Numbered from the stretch's first letter, positions 1 through 10,215 are shown. The stretch: 64,000 bases of DNA from an uncultured bacterium (GCA_963825135.1 CAWGRW010000009.1:1184001-1248000); one strand, 5' to 3'. The notes: generated by a model not told the origin, from the letters alone. Made by a program: numbers and translations.

Positions 1-409
1 TTCCGCGAGAGGGGCGGTGGCCTCGGTGCTGGGCGTTCAGGTGGGTTCCCTCGCAATAGGGGCCGCGGTCGTATCCGCTTTTTCGTCGCTGCTTGTCGAT
101 ATCACCGGTATCCTGGCGACCGTCGCCGTTATGGCGACTGCATTTGCCATTCTCCCCAAAAAGAGGAGGGACGCCGTGAAGGAATTCAGCGGCAAGGTCG
201 ACGCGCTCATTGAAGAGATGATATCGGGGGTGAGCTCCCAGCTGGAGAGAGACTTCAGCGGGATTAAAATTCAGGTGAACGACTCCCTTTCGCCGCTAAG
301 GAATTTCTATAAGATGGAGAAGCAAAAGTTGTCCGAGTCCAGCATCAGGGTAAATGAGATCAAGTCTAAATTCAGCGAAATAAACGAGAAGGCGATATTG
401 AAGAGTTAG
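1..409 (+). CDS. C-terminal part of a probable dynamin-like (DLP/mitofusin-like) GTPase, truncated by window edge
   Basis: Paired hydrophobic hairpin (SLAIGAAVVSAF...LVDITGILATVAVMATAFAILP) followed by KKRR and a helical/coiled-coil tail, as in the C-termini of bacterial dynamin-family proteins. Confidence 0.5.
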   Translation, partial: SARGAVASVLGVQVGSLAIGAAVVSAFSSLLVDITGILATVAVMATAFAILPKKRRDAVKEFSGKVDALIEEMISGVSSQLERDFSGIKIQVNDSLSPLRNFYKMEKQKLSESSIRVNEIKSKFSEINEKAILKS

Positions 410-437
410 ATCGCCCATGCCGTATCGACTAGCGGAA

Positions 438-857
438 TCATGATCCGAAATCGCTCGTCCCGGAGATAGCTGAATAGATTTCGTTGATTTCTTCCCTTCG
501 GCCGGAAACTTCGATCCCCATATACCATTTCTCGGAATTCGAGTGATAGAGCCACCTGATGGTACCCTCGAACCTTATTGTCTTCTCTCCGGCGAATAGG
601 ATCCCCTCTATTTTAAAATTAGGGGGGAAACCCTTAGTCCCTTCCATTCCGATACCGTGCTCTGAAATGTTAAAGGTGACGCCTTGAAAAAACAGGTTCT
701 CATCTCCCCTCCCGGTTTTTCCGTTCAGGAGTCCGTACTTAAGTTTTTGATAGTACGGGAGCCTCGTCGAGCGCCTCAATACACTTGTCGAGGCCTCGGG
801 ACCTGCTGTAAGCTCGCCCAGCTTGATTACCTTGTTATGGGAATGACCGTTTTCCAC
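438..857 (-). CDS. PilZ domain protein
   Basis: RxxxR (RRSTR) and NxSxxG (NISEHG) c-di-GMP binding motifs. Confidence 0.8.
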   Translation of the reverse strand: MENGHSHNKVIKLGELTAGPEASTSVLRRSTRLPYYQKLKYGLLNGKTGRGDENLFFQGVTFNISEHGIGMEGTKGFPPNFKIEGILFAGEKTIRFEGTIRWLYHSNSEKWYMGIEVSGRREEINEIYSAISGTSDFGS

Positions 858-1062
858 CTGTAAATGTTAAATGGGACCCGGTCATATTACAATTAGACTT
901 TAGTTAGTAATTGACATAAGACTTTCGTCCGGTTCGGGCAGTGAGAGTATATAGCTGACCTCTCATAAAATAATACGTAGCGGGGTATGATATGTCTTAA
1001 TCGAACTTATGTCCCCCATCCTGCCGTCATTCTAATCGTTAATTCCTTTCGCCGAAACGATA

Positions 1063-1092
1063 AGGGCGCTCGAGACTTTCTCCGAGCGCCCT
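1063..1092 (-). terminator. Probable intrinsic terminator of the fasciclin gene
   Basis: 10-bp stem AGGGCGCTCG/CGAGCGCCCT with 10-nt loop about 20 nt past the stop; U tract is weak. Confidence 0.6.
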
Positions 1093-1113
1093 GTTATTTA
1101 TGACGGTATCGGT

Positions 1114-1683
1114 TTAGTTTGGCAGTAGAACCGTATCTATAACCTGGATAACACCGTTTGACTGAATTACATCATAAGTGGATATGTCTGCTACATCGCC
1201 CTTTTCGTCCTTAATAACGATATTGTGGGGACCGTTCATCCATACCGTCAGCGTGTCTCCGCTTACGGTCTTGAGCTCGGCCTTTCCGTTGCCTGCGTTA
1301 ATCTTCTCGACGAGCGCATCGAACGTGAGGCGTCCCGGTACGACGTGGTAGGTGAGGACTTTCGTCAGCGCGTCCTTGTTCTCCGGCTTGAGCAGCGTCT
1401 CAACAGTTCCGTCCGGAAGATCCTTGAACGCGTCATTCGTAGGAGCGAACACCGTGAACGGGCCCGGTCCTTTAAGAGTCTCTACTAACCCCGCAGCCTT
1501 TACCGCAGCTACGAGCGTCGTGTGGTCGGGTGAATTGACCGCGTTGTCTACTATATCCTTCGTGGGATACATGTCCTCTCCGCCGACCATAACAGTCGTG
1601 TCGGCAGTCGCAGTTAATCCGGCTACAGTAATAACCGCCACCGTTATCGGCAGCATGAAAAGCTTTTTGAATGTCTTGTGCAT
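1114..1683 (-). CDS. Secreted fasciclin (FAS1) domain protein
   Basis: Signal peptide; TLVAAVKAAGLVETL, FTVFAPTNDAF, LTYHVV, NGVIQVIDTVLLP motifs; AGGAGG RBS. Confidence 0.95.
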   Translation of the reverse strand: MHKTFKKLFMLPITVAVITVAGLTATADTTVMVGGEDMYPTKDIVDNAVNSPDHTTLVAAVKAAGLVETLKGPGPFTVFAPTNDAFKDLPDGTVETLLKPENKDALTKVLTYHVVPGRLTFDALVEKINAGNGKAELKTVSGDTLTVWMNGPHNIVIKDEKGDVADISTYDVIQSNGVIQVIDTVLLPN

Positions 1684-1721
1684 TTCTGCACCTCCTTAAA
1701 ATTTGTGAATTTGAATATTTA

Positions 1722-1746
1722 TACGGGGGACAATATTTTTTGGATC
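1722..1746 (-). promoter_or_regulatory. ECF sigma promoter (GATCC-N16-CGTA, RpoE/ChrR-type), proximal to the fasciclin gene
   Basis: Minus strand GATCC (1746-1742), 16-nt spacer, CGTA (1725-1722). Confidence 0.6.
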
Positions 1747-1941
1747 TCGTTATCAGGAAATTATTTCGAATCGACGAATAAATATTGCAGCGTAACGCAG
1801 CATAGATATATATAATATATTGATTATATATAATGCCAAGCCGTGATTCGCTGTCGGGGACGTAATGAGACGCCCGAGCGGGAGGGTTTGCCTTAAAAAG
1901 TATCAGGCGTTGTTCGGGTTAGAACTGCGTCTTACTGGTTA

Positions 1942-1966
1942 TACGTAAAAAACCGTCATCCGGATC
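1942..1966 (-). promoter_or_regulatory. Second ECF sigma promoter (GATCC-N16-CGTA)
   Basis: Minus strand GATCC (1966-1962), 16-nt spacer, CGTA (1945-1942), followed by TA as in the proximal copy. Confidence 0.55.
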
Positions 1967-2287
1967 GCATCTATTTGGTTATAGAGGAGCAAATTTCGCA
2001 GGCGGCGTTAGAAGGTCGATCGCAGGCAATAGATCTCAGAGCCGTGCTAATAAAGGGCATGCGCGATGCGGAGCGCGGCGTTGAATAAACCGCCCGGCAT
2101 GGTTAAATTAATTAAAAGGGTTAGCGGCTGACTGTTTTAAATTCCGGTAAAAGCTAGAATTGAGCAACTCTCTTTCGGGACGGCGGATTTTCCGGATTTC
2201 CTGCATATCTCTCACGGTAGTGTATATTTAACATCTGCATTTATATATGAATATTCGTTAAGTACTGAGGAGACTGAATAAATCTAT

Positions 2288-4117
2288 ATGAGAAACGAAA
2301 ATATCAGAAATATTGCGATCATAGCACACGTCGATCACGGTAAAACGACCCTCGTCGATGCCATGCTCAGGCAGAGCGGCGTATTCCGCGAGAATCAGGT
2401 CGTTGCGGAAAGGGTTATGGATTCTATGGACCTGGAGAAGGAGCGCGGTATTACAATTATGGCTAAAAACACCGCGGTCCTCTATCAAGGCATAAAAATC
2501 AATATAGTGGACACCCCCGGGCACGCCGATTTCGGCGGCGAGGTTGAGAGGAGCCTCAACATGGTTGACGGCGCGCTTCTTCTCGTCGATGCAAGCGAAG
2601 GTCCGCTCCCCCAGACGCGTTTCGTCGTAAAGAAGGCGCTTCAGAAGAAGCTCCCCATAATACTTGTCATAAACAAAATAGACAGGAGCGACGCCCGCCC
2701 CGCCGAGGTAATTAACGAGGTGTACGACCTCTTTATAGAGCTCGACGCGGACGAGAAGCAGATCGAATTCCCGATTATTTACACCAACGCCAAGATAGGC
2801 TCCGCCCGGCATAACCTGGGGGAGGATTCTACTAACCTGCTCCCGCTCTTCGATACTATAATTTCAGCGATACCAGGCCCCGAGATCGGGGACGGCACCG
2901 TTACGCAATTCCTGGTTACGAACCTCGATTACGACAATTACGTGGGAAGGATAGCGATAGGGAGGCTCATGAACGGGTTGCTGGAGTCCAACAAAAGCTA
3001 TACCCTCTGCGGCGAAGCGGGAGTTAACACCCCAATCAAGATTTCAGTCCTGTACACATTCAGCGGTCTCCAGAAAACGCAGGTGGAGCGGGTCGAAGCT
3101 GGCGATATTGCGTCCATAGCGGGCGAGGATGACGTCAAGATCGGCGATACGATATCCGACCTCGAGAACCCCGTACCGCTCGAGCGCATAAAGGTTGACG
3201 AGCCCACCATATCGATGATCTTCTACGTCAATAACAGCCCTTTCGCGGGCAAGGAGGGGAAATTCCTCACCTCCCGCCACTTGCGGGACAGGCTCCTCAG
3301 GGAGAAGCTCGGGAACGTCGCCATCGAAGTCAAGGAGACGGAGAGGGCCGACGCGTTTGAAGTATCGGGGCGCGGAGAGCTTCAGATGGTTGTCCTTATA
3401 GAAATGATGAGACGGGAAGGGTATGAATTCATGGTCTCAAAGCCCCGGGTGCTGACAAGGATGGAGAACGGAAAGGTTACAGAGCCCGTCGAACGTATAT
3501 TCGTCGACGTGCCCGAGGCGTTCGTTGGAGCCATTACCGAAGCAATCTCGTCGAGGAAGGGGCGCATGGAAAACCTCCGCAACAACGGGAACGGAAGGGT
3601 GGATATAGAGTTCCTTATTCCGTCCAGAGGGCTCATAGGTTTCAGGAGCCAGTTCCAGATACTTACAAAGGGCTCGGGCGTCATCAATACGCTCTTTGAA
3701 GGGTACGAGCCGTGGTATGGCCCCATCCCCCAGAGGTCTACGGGCGCGCTCGTGTCCGACAGAAGCGGCAAGGTAACCACCTACGCGTGCCTCTCGATGG
3801 CCGACAGGGGAGAGTTATTCGTCGATATCGGGACCGACGTCTATGAGGGTATGACCGTAGGCGAAAGGAACCGCAGCGGAGACCTGAACGTGAACATAAC
3901 GAAAGAGAAGAAGCTCACCAACATGAGGAGCTCCACGGCAGAGACGACCGTGGTTCTGAGGCCCCCGAGACCGCTGTCCCTCGATCAGGCGATAGAGTTT
4001 ATCGCAGAGGACGAGCTCGTCGAGATCACACCCCTGAGCCAGAGGCTCCGTAAATTCGAGCTCTCCGCTACGAAAAGAGAGATCGAGCAAAAGCGTGAGA
4101 AGAAATACAGTCAGTGA
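2288..4117 (+). CDS. typA: Translational GTPase TypA/BipA
   Basis: [37 protein letters not shown], and BipA C-terminal KKLTNMRSS motifs. Confidence 0.98.
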   Translation: MRNENIRNIAIIAHVDHGKTTLVDAMLRQSGVFRENQVVAERVMDSMDLEKERGITIMAKNTAVLYQGIKINIVDTPGHADFGGEVERSLNMVDGALLLVDASEGPLPQTRFVVKKALQKKLPIILVINKIDRSDARPAEVINEVYDLFIELDADEKQIEFPIIYTNAKIGSARHNLGEDSTNLLPLFDTIISAIPGPEIGDGTVTQFLVTNLDYDNYVGRIAIGRLMNGLLESNKSYTLCGEAGVNTPIKISVLYTFSGLQKTQVERVEAGDIASIAGEDDVKIGDTISDLENPVPLERIKVDEPTISMIFYVNNSPFAGKEGKFLTSRHLRDRLLREKLGNVAIEVKETERADAFEVSGRGELQMVVLIEMMRREGYEFMVSKPRVLTRMENGKVTEPVERIFVDVPEAFVGAITEAISSRKGRMENLRNNGNGRVDIEFLIPSRGLIGFRSQFQILTKGSGVINTLFEGYEPWYGPIPQRSTGALVSDRSGKVTTYACLSMADRGELFVDIGTDVYEGMTVGERNRSGDLNVNITKEKKLTNMRSSTAETTVVLRPPRPLSLDQAIEFIAEDELVEITPLSQRLRKFELSATKREIEQKREKKYSQ

Positions 4118-4154
4118 TTTTTACCCGGTACGCGCTGGTAAGTTGTAAGCTCCG

Positions 4155-4751
4155 ATGGAAAAGCCCTTCAGCCAGTCCTGCGAAAACAATAAAGAGCCCA
4201 TACTCCGTGTATTAAAGGGAGCGTTCAGCGGGGCCGCGCTCGTATTGGAGATCGGGAGCGGGACCGGCCAGCACGCCGTACACTTCGCGCGCAACCTCCC
4301 CCATCTGATATGGCAGCCATCCGACCTTCCTGATAACATACCGGGCATGAAGCTCTGGTTCGACGAGGCGAAGCTCCCTAATATAAAGGAGCCTGTCGCG
4401 CTGAACGTCTCCGACGCGATGTGGCCCGTCGGGGAAGCGGACGCAATTTTTACCGCGAACACGCTTCACATAATGGCCGGGTCCAAGGTCGAGTGCATGT
4501 TCGACGGCATGGAGCCCGTGCTTAAGGCTGGCGGGACACTCTGCATATACGGGCCCTTCAATTACGGCGGGAAATACACGAGCGAGAGCAATGAGAAATT
4601 CGACGCCTGGCTCCGCGGGCAAAACCCCCAGAGCGCCATACGCGATTTCGACTGGGTGAATTCACTTGCGGAAAAAATAGGCCTTAAGCTCGTAAAAGAC
4701 CACGAGATGCCCGCTAATAACCGGCTGCTCGAGTGGCGGAAATCCGCCTGA
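4155..4751 (+). CDS. DUF938 family SAM-dependent methyltransferase
   Basis: VLEIGSGTGQHA, WQPSD, YGPF, SNxxFD, MPANN motifs. Confidence 0.9.
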   Translation: MEKPFSQSCENNKEPILRVLKGAFSGAALVLEIGSGTGQHAVHFARNLPHLIWQPSDLPDNIPGMKLWFDEAKLPNIKEPVALNVSDAMWPVGEADAIFTANTLHIMAGSKVECMFDGMEPVLKAGGTLCIYGPFNYGGKYTSESNEKFDAWLRGQNPQSAIRDFDWVNSLAEKIGLKLVKDHEMPANNRLLEWRKSA

Positions 4752-4836
4752 TTCCGCCCGCCTTTATTTTTGAACGAACTGCGTTAATATTCTTACGTCG
4801 GCCCGGCTGACTATATGCCGTCCCACGAATTTTGAC

Positions 4837-5352
4837 ATGGCTAGAGACATTATCACCCTCGTCGTCGGGAATTATTTCCTGACCCTCCTTATCATAGGTC
4901 TGATTGCCGGATTCCTGTCGATCATAAATAAACCCAAGCCCCGTTCTATGAACTTGATCGCCGAGGCACTGCTCTCTTATTACATGCTTTTCGCGATAGG
5001 GATAAACAACCTGGTCAATTTCGTATTTCACGTTTTTTTCGGAGAGATGGCCGCGAGCTTTATCGGCTGGGCCGACAGCCCGTTTCAGGCGGAGGTGGGT
5101 TTTGCGAGTCTCGGCATCGGTATCGTCGGCGTGCTGGCGTTCCGGGCGGGATTACCCTTCCGTGTAGCCGCGTACATCCCTCCGGCCGTCTTTTCGCTCG
5201 GCGCTGCGGGGGGCCATATCTATCAAATGATAGCCGCGCATAATTACTCGCCCGGCAATGTTGGGCTTGTCCTGCCGACAGACATCATACTCCCCGCCGT
5301 CGGTTTCGTATTGTTATGGCTATCTTATATGCACCCGAAGCCCAATCGGTGA
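4837..5352 (+). CDS. Membrane protein (DUF6790-like)
   Basis: Multiple TM helices; IGWADSPFQAEVGFASLG and HNYSPGNVG motifs. Confidence 0.7.
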   Translation: MARDIITLVVGNYFLTLLIIGLIAGFLSIINKPKPRSMNLIAEALLSYYMLFAIGINNLVNFVFHVFFGEMAASFIGWADSPFQAEVGFASLGIGIVGVLAFRAGLPFRVAAYIPPAVFSLGAAGGHIYQMIAAHNYSPGNVGLVLPTDIILPAVGFVLLWLSYMHPKPNR

Positions 5353-5573
5353 ATTGAAGGGGTATACACCCTCACGGCGAGAATGAACTTAACTTTCCTC
5401 AATAACGAGAAATGTTTACTAGCCAACGGCCTCTCAAATATAGAAAATAAAATCAGCAGCCAACGCCGCGCACACCAAAACAGCGCCGCATTTTCAAAGT
5501 TTATTACTTTCTTCGTTATGTTATATTTCAGAAAACTTTGTTACTTGCCGGTCTCAAATTGGGAGATGAAACG

Positions 5574-6809
5574 ATGGGAAAGGTGAAGAAATCGGACGCC
5601 TCAACGCCCGAACCGTTCGTGCCGGACAAGGTCTTCTCGGCCGAAGCAAGCGTGAATAAAATCATTCCAAATGTTTTGAATTCCCCGCAAAAGTACATCC
5701 AGGGAGACGGTGTTCTGAACGATCTCGGACTATACCTCGGGCTAATCCACAGCAAGCACGCCGCCGTTCTGATCTCGGGAGGAGGGGAAAAAAGGTTCGG
5801 CGAGATGATAACACAAAGCTTAAAACGCTCGGGCATTGCCGGGACCCTCGTCACATTTTCCGGGGAGTGTTCTTTCGAGGAAATCGAGCGTGTGACTGAG
5901 TTATTGAGGAAAGTGAAAACGCCGGTCGATTCGGTTGTCGCGATCGGCGGAGGAAAGTGCCTCGATACGGGGAGGGGCGTGGCTCACCGCCTGTCCGTGC
6001 CCGCCGTCGTATGTCCGACGACCGCATCGACGGACGCCCCGTGCGCGGGCTTGTCGGCGATATATTTTTCTGACGGTAAATTTCGGGGCGTCGAGCTCTA
6101 TCCGCTCAACCCGGCCCTCGTGGTTGTCGACACGAGAATCGCCGCTCAGGCTCCCGTGCGTTTCATCGTATCCGGCATGGGCGATGCGATGGCTACATGG
6201 TATGAAGCGCGCACCTGTTACCAGAACCCGAAGGGCAAAGCTATACTGGGCACGCGCCCCACTATAGCCTCTGTCGCAATAGCCGAGCTATGTGCAACTA
6301 CTCTCTATGACCGCGGCGTTAAGGCTGTCGAAGCCGTAAGGGATTCGCAGGTAAATGAATCTGTCGAGCGTATTGTCGAGGCTAACACACTCATGAGCGG
6401 AATAGGATTCGAAAGCTGCGGTGTGGCCGCAGCACACTGTATCGCTCAGGGCCTTACGGTAATTCCCTCCCTTCACAAAAACTACCTCCACGGCGAAATG
6501 GTTGCGATCGGGCTGATGACGCATCTCGTTCTCGAGGGAAAAGACGACGAGGCCCATAAAGTCGGCGCTTTCTTTTCCAGTGTGGGCCTGCCGGCGCATC
6601 TGGGTCAGATGTCGTTAGACCCGGCGCAGGATATGGAGACACTCCGCAATATCGCCCGCGCCTCTGTTGACTTACCGTTCATTCACAACGAACCCTTCGA
6701 TGTTTCTGAAGACTCGCTGCTTGACGCCATGTTGAAGGCGCACAAGCTCGGCCTTGAAATTACCGAGTCATTCGGGGACGCCGCGTACTTATCCCTGCAC
6801 GGCAAGTAA
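5574..6809 (+). CDS. gldA: Glycerol dehydrogenase (iron-containing ADH family)
   Basis: SPQKYIQG, IGGGKCLD, PTTASTDAP, GMGDAMATWYEA, AAAH, HGEMVAIG; ATG at 5574 after GGGAG. Confidence 0.88.
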   Translation: MGKVKKSDASTPEPFVPDKVFSAEASVNKIIPNVLNSPQKYIQGDGVLNDLGLYLGLIHSKHAAVLISGGGEKRFGEMITQSLKRSGIAGTLVTFSGECSFEEIERVTELLRKVKTPVDSVVAIGGGKCLDTGRGVAHRLSVPAVVCPTTASTDAPCAGLSAIYFSDGKFRGVELYPLNPALVVVDTRIAAQAPVRFIVSGMGDAMATWYEARTCYQNPKGKAILGTRPTIASVAIAELCATTLYDRGVKAVEAVRDSQVNESVERIVEANTLMSGIGFESCGVAAAHCIAQGLTVIPSLHKNYLHGEMVAIGLMTHLVLEGKDDEAHKVGAFFSSVGLPAHLGQMSLDPAQDMETLRNIARASVDLPFIHNEPFDVSEDSLLDAMLKAHKLGLEITESFGDAAYLSLHGK

Positions 6810-6926
6810 TTGCAATCGCCTTTCTTACCCCAGGCTCAAGTGAATTTCTCAGAGATTCTATATCTTAAGCGTCGTATCGGCCCACTTTGCAACCCTTTCA
6901 TAACCATGGTAATGTAAACCTTATCA

Positions 6927-7313
6927 ATGGCCAGTGATCTGAAATTTGCACACCCTAAATACCTCCTTGTCCCCGTCATTGCTATATTTTTTATACTCTT
7001 TTCAGTCTCCCGGGACGAATCTCCCAACGTTGAATTCGTGAATGTCCCCTGCTCGAGCGCCGTCGTAGTGGCTCATGGCTTCGGGACGTCCTCGCTTTCT
7101 ACGGGACCGAGCGCGCCCGGAAATCAGTCTATGTTGAGTCTCGGTCAGACCGCCATTTTCAGCAAAAGCAGTCAGCTAGTCGGTCTTAACAGTCATAATC
7201 TTTTTTCATACAACGCCGATATGGACTTCCTTCGTATTTATGAGCGGGAAGTAAAATACGATTTAGTTATCTCAAGCAACACCGGCCGTTCCCCTCCTTT
7301 CTCAATTTCTTAA
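6927..7313 (+). CDS. Putative leader/arrest-peptide protein with N-terminal hydrophobic segment and C-terminal GRSPP motif
   Basis: ORF ends ...SSNTGRSPPFSIS directly upstream of the copper operon; architecture resembles DUF2946 (CruR/CutF) leaders but there is no CXXC. Confidence 0.55.
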   Translation: MASDLKFAHPKYLLVPVIAIFFILFSVSRDESPNVEFVNVPCSSAVVVAHGFGTSSLSTGPSAPGNQSMLSLGQTAIFSKSSQLVGLNSHNLFSYNADMDFLRIYEREVKYDLVISSNTGRSPPFSIS

Positions 7314-7404
7314 TCTCATTTTTTTCATCTCAAATAATAAGAAGTTGGCTGCGGAGAGATAGATTATTTCACCGCCGCGAATTATTGCGTAGAGGAGGAG
7401 TCCT

Positions 7405-8304
7405 ATGTTGCATATTAAATACAAATTACATCTGCTATGCGGAATCGCTTTTGTGCTGGTTTTAGTTTCAATGCCGGCGTCGTCCTGGCCTCACGGGTAT
7501 GCGGGCAAGCGTTTTTTCCCCACCACGCTATCGGTGGAAGACCCGTTCGTGTCAGACGAGTTTTCGTTTCTATTCGGGTATCTCAAAGAGGAGGAGGGCG
7601 AACAGAACTACGATCTCTCGGTCGAGTATTCCAAACGCATTACGCCGCACCTGGGTTTTGCGATTGAAGATTCGTACGAGTTTATAAAGGCTAAAGGAGA
7701 AAAAACACAGCACGGGTTTTCAAACCTTGGGCTGGGTCTTAAGTATCAGTTCCTAACGAACGCCCCGCACGAGGCCATCATGTCGATCGGTCTGGATGCC
7801 GAGATCGGGCACACGGGTGACAGCTCCGTTGACGCGGATGATTTCACGACGCTCGCCCCCGGATTATTCTTCGGGAAGGGGTTCGGCGACCTGCCGGAGA
7901 CGCTGAAATTCCTGAGGCCGCTCGCGATCACCGGAGTGATCGGCCCCGCGTTTACGATCGACAGCGAGGAGCCCGACGTGTTCGAATACGGGTTCACCCT
8001 CCAGTACAGTTTTCAGTACCTAGAGTCTTTCGTGAAGGATGTCGGACTCCCCGTGCCTTTGAACCGTATGATTCTGGTCGTTGAGTTCCCGTTCGAAACA
8101 GCACTGAACGAGGGCAGCGGCGGGGAGACGGAGGGCTTCATCAACCCCGGTATAATATGGTTCGGTAAATATATTCAGCTCGGGGTCGAGGCGCAGATTC
8201 CGGTCAACGACAACTCGGGCGACGGGGTCGGGGTCCTGGCCATTTTCCACGTATTCATCGATGACCTCTTCCCGAACAGTTTGGGGAGGCCTATTTTCAG
8301 ATAG
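7405..8304 (+). CDS. Outer-membrane beta-barrel/transporter protein associated with copCD
   Basis: Signal peptide then HGYAGKRFFPTTL; alternating beta-strand pattern; C-terminal DDLFPNSLGRPIF; strong RBS. Confidence 0.7.
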   Translation: MLHIKYKLHLLCGIAFVLVLVSMPASSWPHGYAGKRFFPTTLSVEDPFVSDEFSFLFGYLKEEEGEQNYDLSVEYSKRITPHLGFAIEDSYEFIKAKGEKTQHGFSNLGLGLKYQFLTNAPHEAIMSIGLDAEIGHTGDSSVDADDFTTLAPGLFFGKGFGDLPETLKFLRPLAITGVIGPAFTIDSEEPDVFEYGFTLQYSFQYLESFVKDVGLPVPLNRMILVVEFPFETALNEGSGGETEGFINPGIIWFGKYIQLGVEAQIPVNDNSGDGVGVLAIFHVFIDDLFPNSLGRPIFR

Positions 8305-8317
8305 GGGATCAGGAGCC

Positions 8318-8683
8318 ATGAAGAAGGTGTTAAACGTCATTATCCTGTCGTGTCTCGTGTACCTGGGCGTACAGACTGCGGCCCGGGGGCATGCGTTTCC
8401 CGATCATTCGGAACCCAGGGTAGGATCGACGGTAAGCGCTTCCCCGCCCGTGGCGCGTGTCTGGTTCGACAGCGAGCTCGAGGGCGAATTCAGCGAGATT
8501 CGGGTCGAGAACGCCGATTCGGAGCGGGTCGATAAGGGAGACGGGCACGTTGACGAATCCGATTCGAAGCTGCTCGAGGTCGACTTGCCGCCGCTAAAGC
8601 CCGGCACTTACCGTGTGACCTGGGCCGCCGTGTCGAGGGACGGTCACCGTACCGAGGGGAGTTATACGTTCACGGTCAAATGA
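8318..8683 (+). CDS. copC: Copper resistance/uptake periplasmic protein CopC
   Basis: Mature N-terminal HAFPDHSEP, GTYRVTW, DGHRTEGSYTFTV; AGGAG RBS before ATG 8318. Confidence 0.93.
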   Translation: MKKVLNVIILSCLVYLGVQTAARGHAFPDHSEPRVGSTVSASPPVARVWFDSELEGEFSEIRVENADSERVDKGDGHVDESDSKLLEVDLPPLKPGTYRVTWAAVSRDGHRTEGSYTFTVK

Positions 8684-8692
8684 GATGATACG

Positions 8693-9682
8693 ATGATACT
8701 GAATAAACTCGTCCACAGCGCGCCGACATTGTTCGACCTGTTCGCGCTGACCATCTGCATCGGCGCTCTTTCCTGCAGACTATGGGTGCTGCGTGTGACC
8801 GGCAATGTGCCGCACGATCGGGACGAGGGGCTGCTCCTGGCTAATGTGTGGAAGCTGCTTGGCGTCCTGGCCGCGATGCTTGTTTTAAGCAGCTCGATAC
8901 TTCTTCTTACGCGTACGGCCGAGATGAGCGGACTCCCTCTGACGGCCGGTTTCTCGGCCGTACCGAGGGTCTTGCTCAAGTCACATTACGGCCGGGTGTG
9001 GCTGTTACGCGTATCAGCCGTTGCCGTATTATGCACAGCATGGTTAATCGGCAGGGGAGATCTGTATGCGCGCCGGTATCCGATATGCATGTTTATTGCC
9101 GCTGCGGTTATAGCGGCAACCCGCAGCGCTTCGGGACACGCGGCGGACGCGGGGGATTTCAGCATGCCCGAGATTTCTGACTGGCTCCATCTGATGGCCG
9201 CGTCGATATGGGGAGGCGGTCTCATCGCGCTTTCTATCGCCGTTTTACCGATAGTATGGAGGGCGTCCGGAGAACGTCGAAAAAATATTGCGGACATCGC
9301 CGTCCGGTTCTCAGGCCTTGCCGGTATTGCGCTTGTCGCGATTGTAATAACCGCCGGATACAACGGATGGACCGAGGTGGGGAGTTTACGCGCCCTTTCG
9401 GAGACCGACTACGGAAAGATTATTATGGTCAAGATAATTCTCCTCGCCGCGCTCGTTATAGTCGCCGCGTCGAACCGCTACATCAGCATCCCGCGCATCA
9501 TGGGACAATCGGAATCTCGTCGTGGGAACGGCGGCGCGATCGCGTGGTTTATACGTAAGGTCGGGGCGGAAGCCGTTCTTATTCTGGCGCTTCTGGTGTG
9601 CACGGCGCTTCTTCTCCACAATATGCCGGCGAAACATCTTTCTCACGCCGGGCATGAGCACGTGCATGGTATCAAGAAATAA
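8693..9682 (+). CDS. copD: CopD family inner-membrane copper transporter
   Basis: SGHAA, WLHLMAASIWGGG, RFS, TDYG motifs; His-rich C-terminus. Confidence 0.9.
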   Translation: MILNKLVHSAPTLFDLFALTICIGALSCRLWVLRVTGNVPHDRDEGLLLANVWKLLGVLAAMLVLSSSILLLTRTAEMSGLPLTAGFSAVPRVLLKSHYGRVWLLRVSAVAVLCTAWLIGRGDLYARRYPICMFIAAAVIAATRSASGHAADAGDFSMPEISDWLHLMAASIWGGGLIALSIAVLPIVWRASGERRKNIADIAVRFSGLAGIALVAIVITAGYNGWTEVGSLRALSETDYGKIIMVKIILLAALVIVAASNRYISIPRIMGQSESRRGNGGAIAWFIRKVGAEAVLILALLVCTALLLHNMPAKHLSHAGHEHVHGIKK

Positions 9683-9780
9683 AAGACGATGGAGATGCGG
9701 ATGCCGTGACGAATACCGCTCTAAAATGGCAAGTGTTGGATTTGCAAAAAACAAACAAATTCTGGATAAAGGAGAGTAAA

Positions 9781-10215
9781 ATGAAAAAGTATCTATTGTC
9801 ACTTGCGGTTCTATTTGTTTTGACGGGTCTTTCCTTCGCGCAGAGCAAGGTCGTCGTTGAAGACGCATGGGTGGGGGAAGTGCCCCCTTCCTCTCCGGTT
9901 GCCGCGGCTTACATGACCATCAAGAATGAAGGCAATGCCGACGACAAGCTGCTCAGCGTTACGAGCAGTATTTCGGGAAGCTCTATGATACATCAGACCG
10001 TGATCGACGAGCAGAGCGTCGCGAAAATGGAGATGGTCGATGCGCTCGTTATCCCGGCGGGCAAGAGCGTCGTGCTCAAGCCGGGCGGCACCCATGTAAT
10101 GCTCATGGACCTGAAAGAACCGGTCACAGGTAAAGAGAAGATAGAGCTCGACCTCAAGTTCGAAAACGCCGGGGATATTAAGGTCGAAGCGCCGGTCAAG
10201 AGTCTCAGCAACTGA
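9781..10215 (+). CDS. Periplasmic copper chaperone PCu(A)C
   Basis: Signal peptide; AAYMTIxN, HxT...M, LKPGGTHVMLM motif. Confidence 0.92.
   Translation: MKKYLLSLAVLFVLTGLSFAQSKVVVEDAWVGEVPPSSPVAAAYMTIKNEGNADDKLLSVTSSISGSSMIHQTVIDEQSVAKMEMVDALVIPAGKSVVLKPGGTHVMLMDLKEPVTGKEKIELDLKFENAGDIKVEAPVKSLSN

Noticed and set aside
2258..4090. Antisense ORFs over typA, and similar shadow ORFs throughout the window
   Set aside because: They mirror well-supported genes on the opposite strand and have no recognisable motifs.
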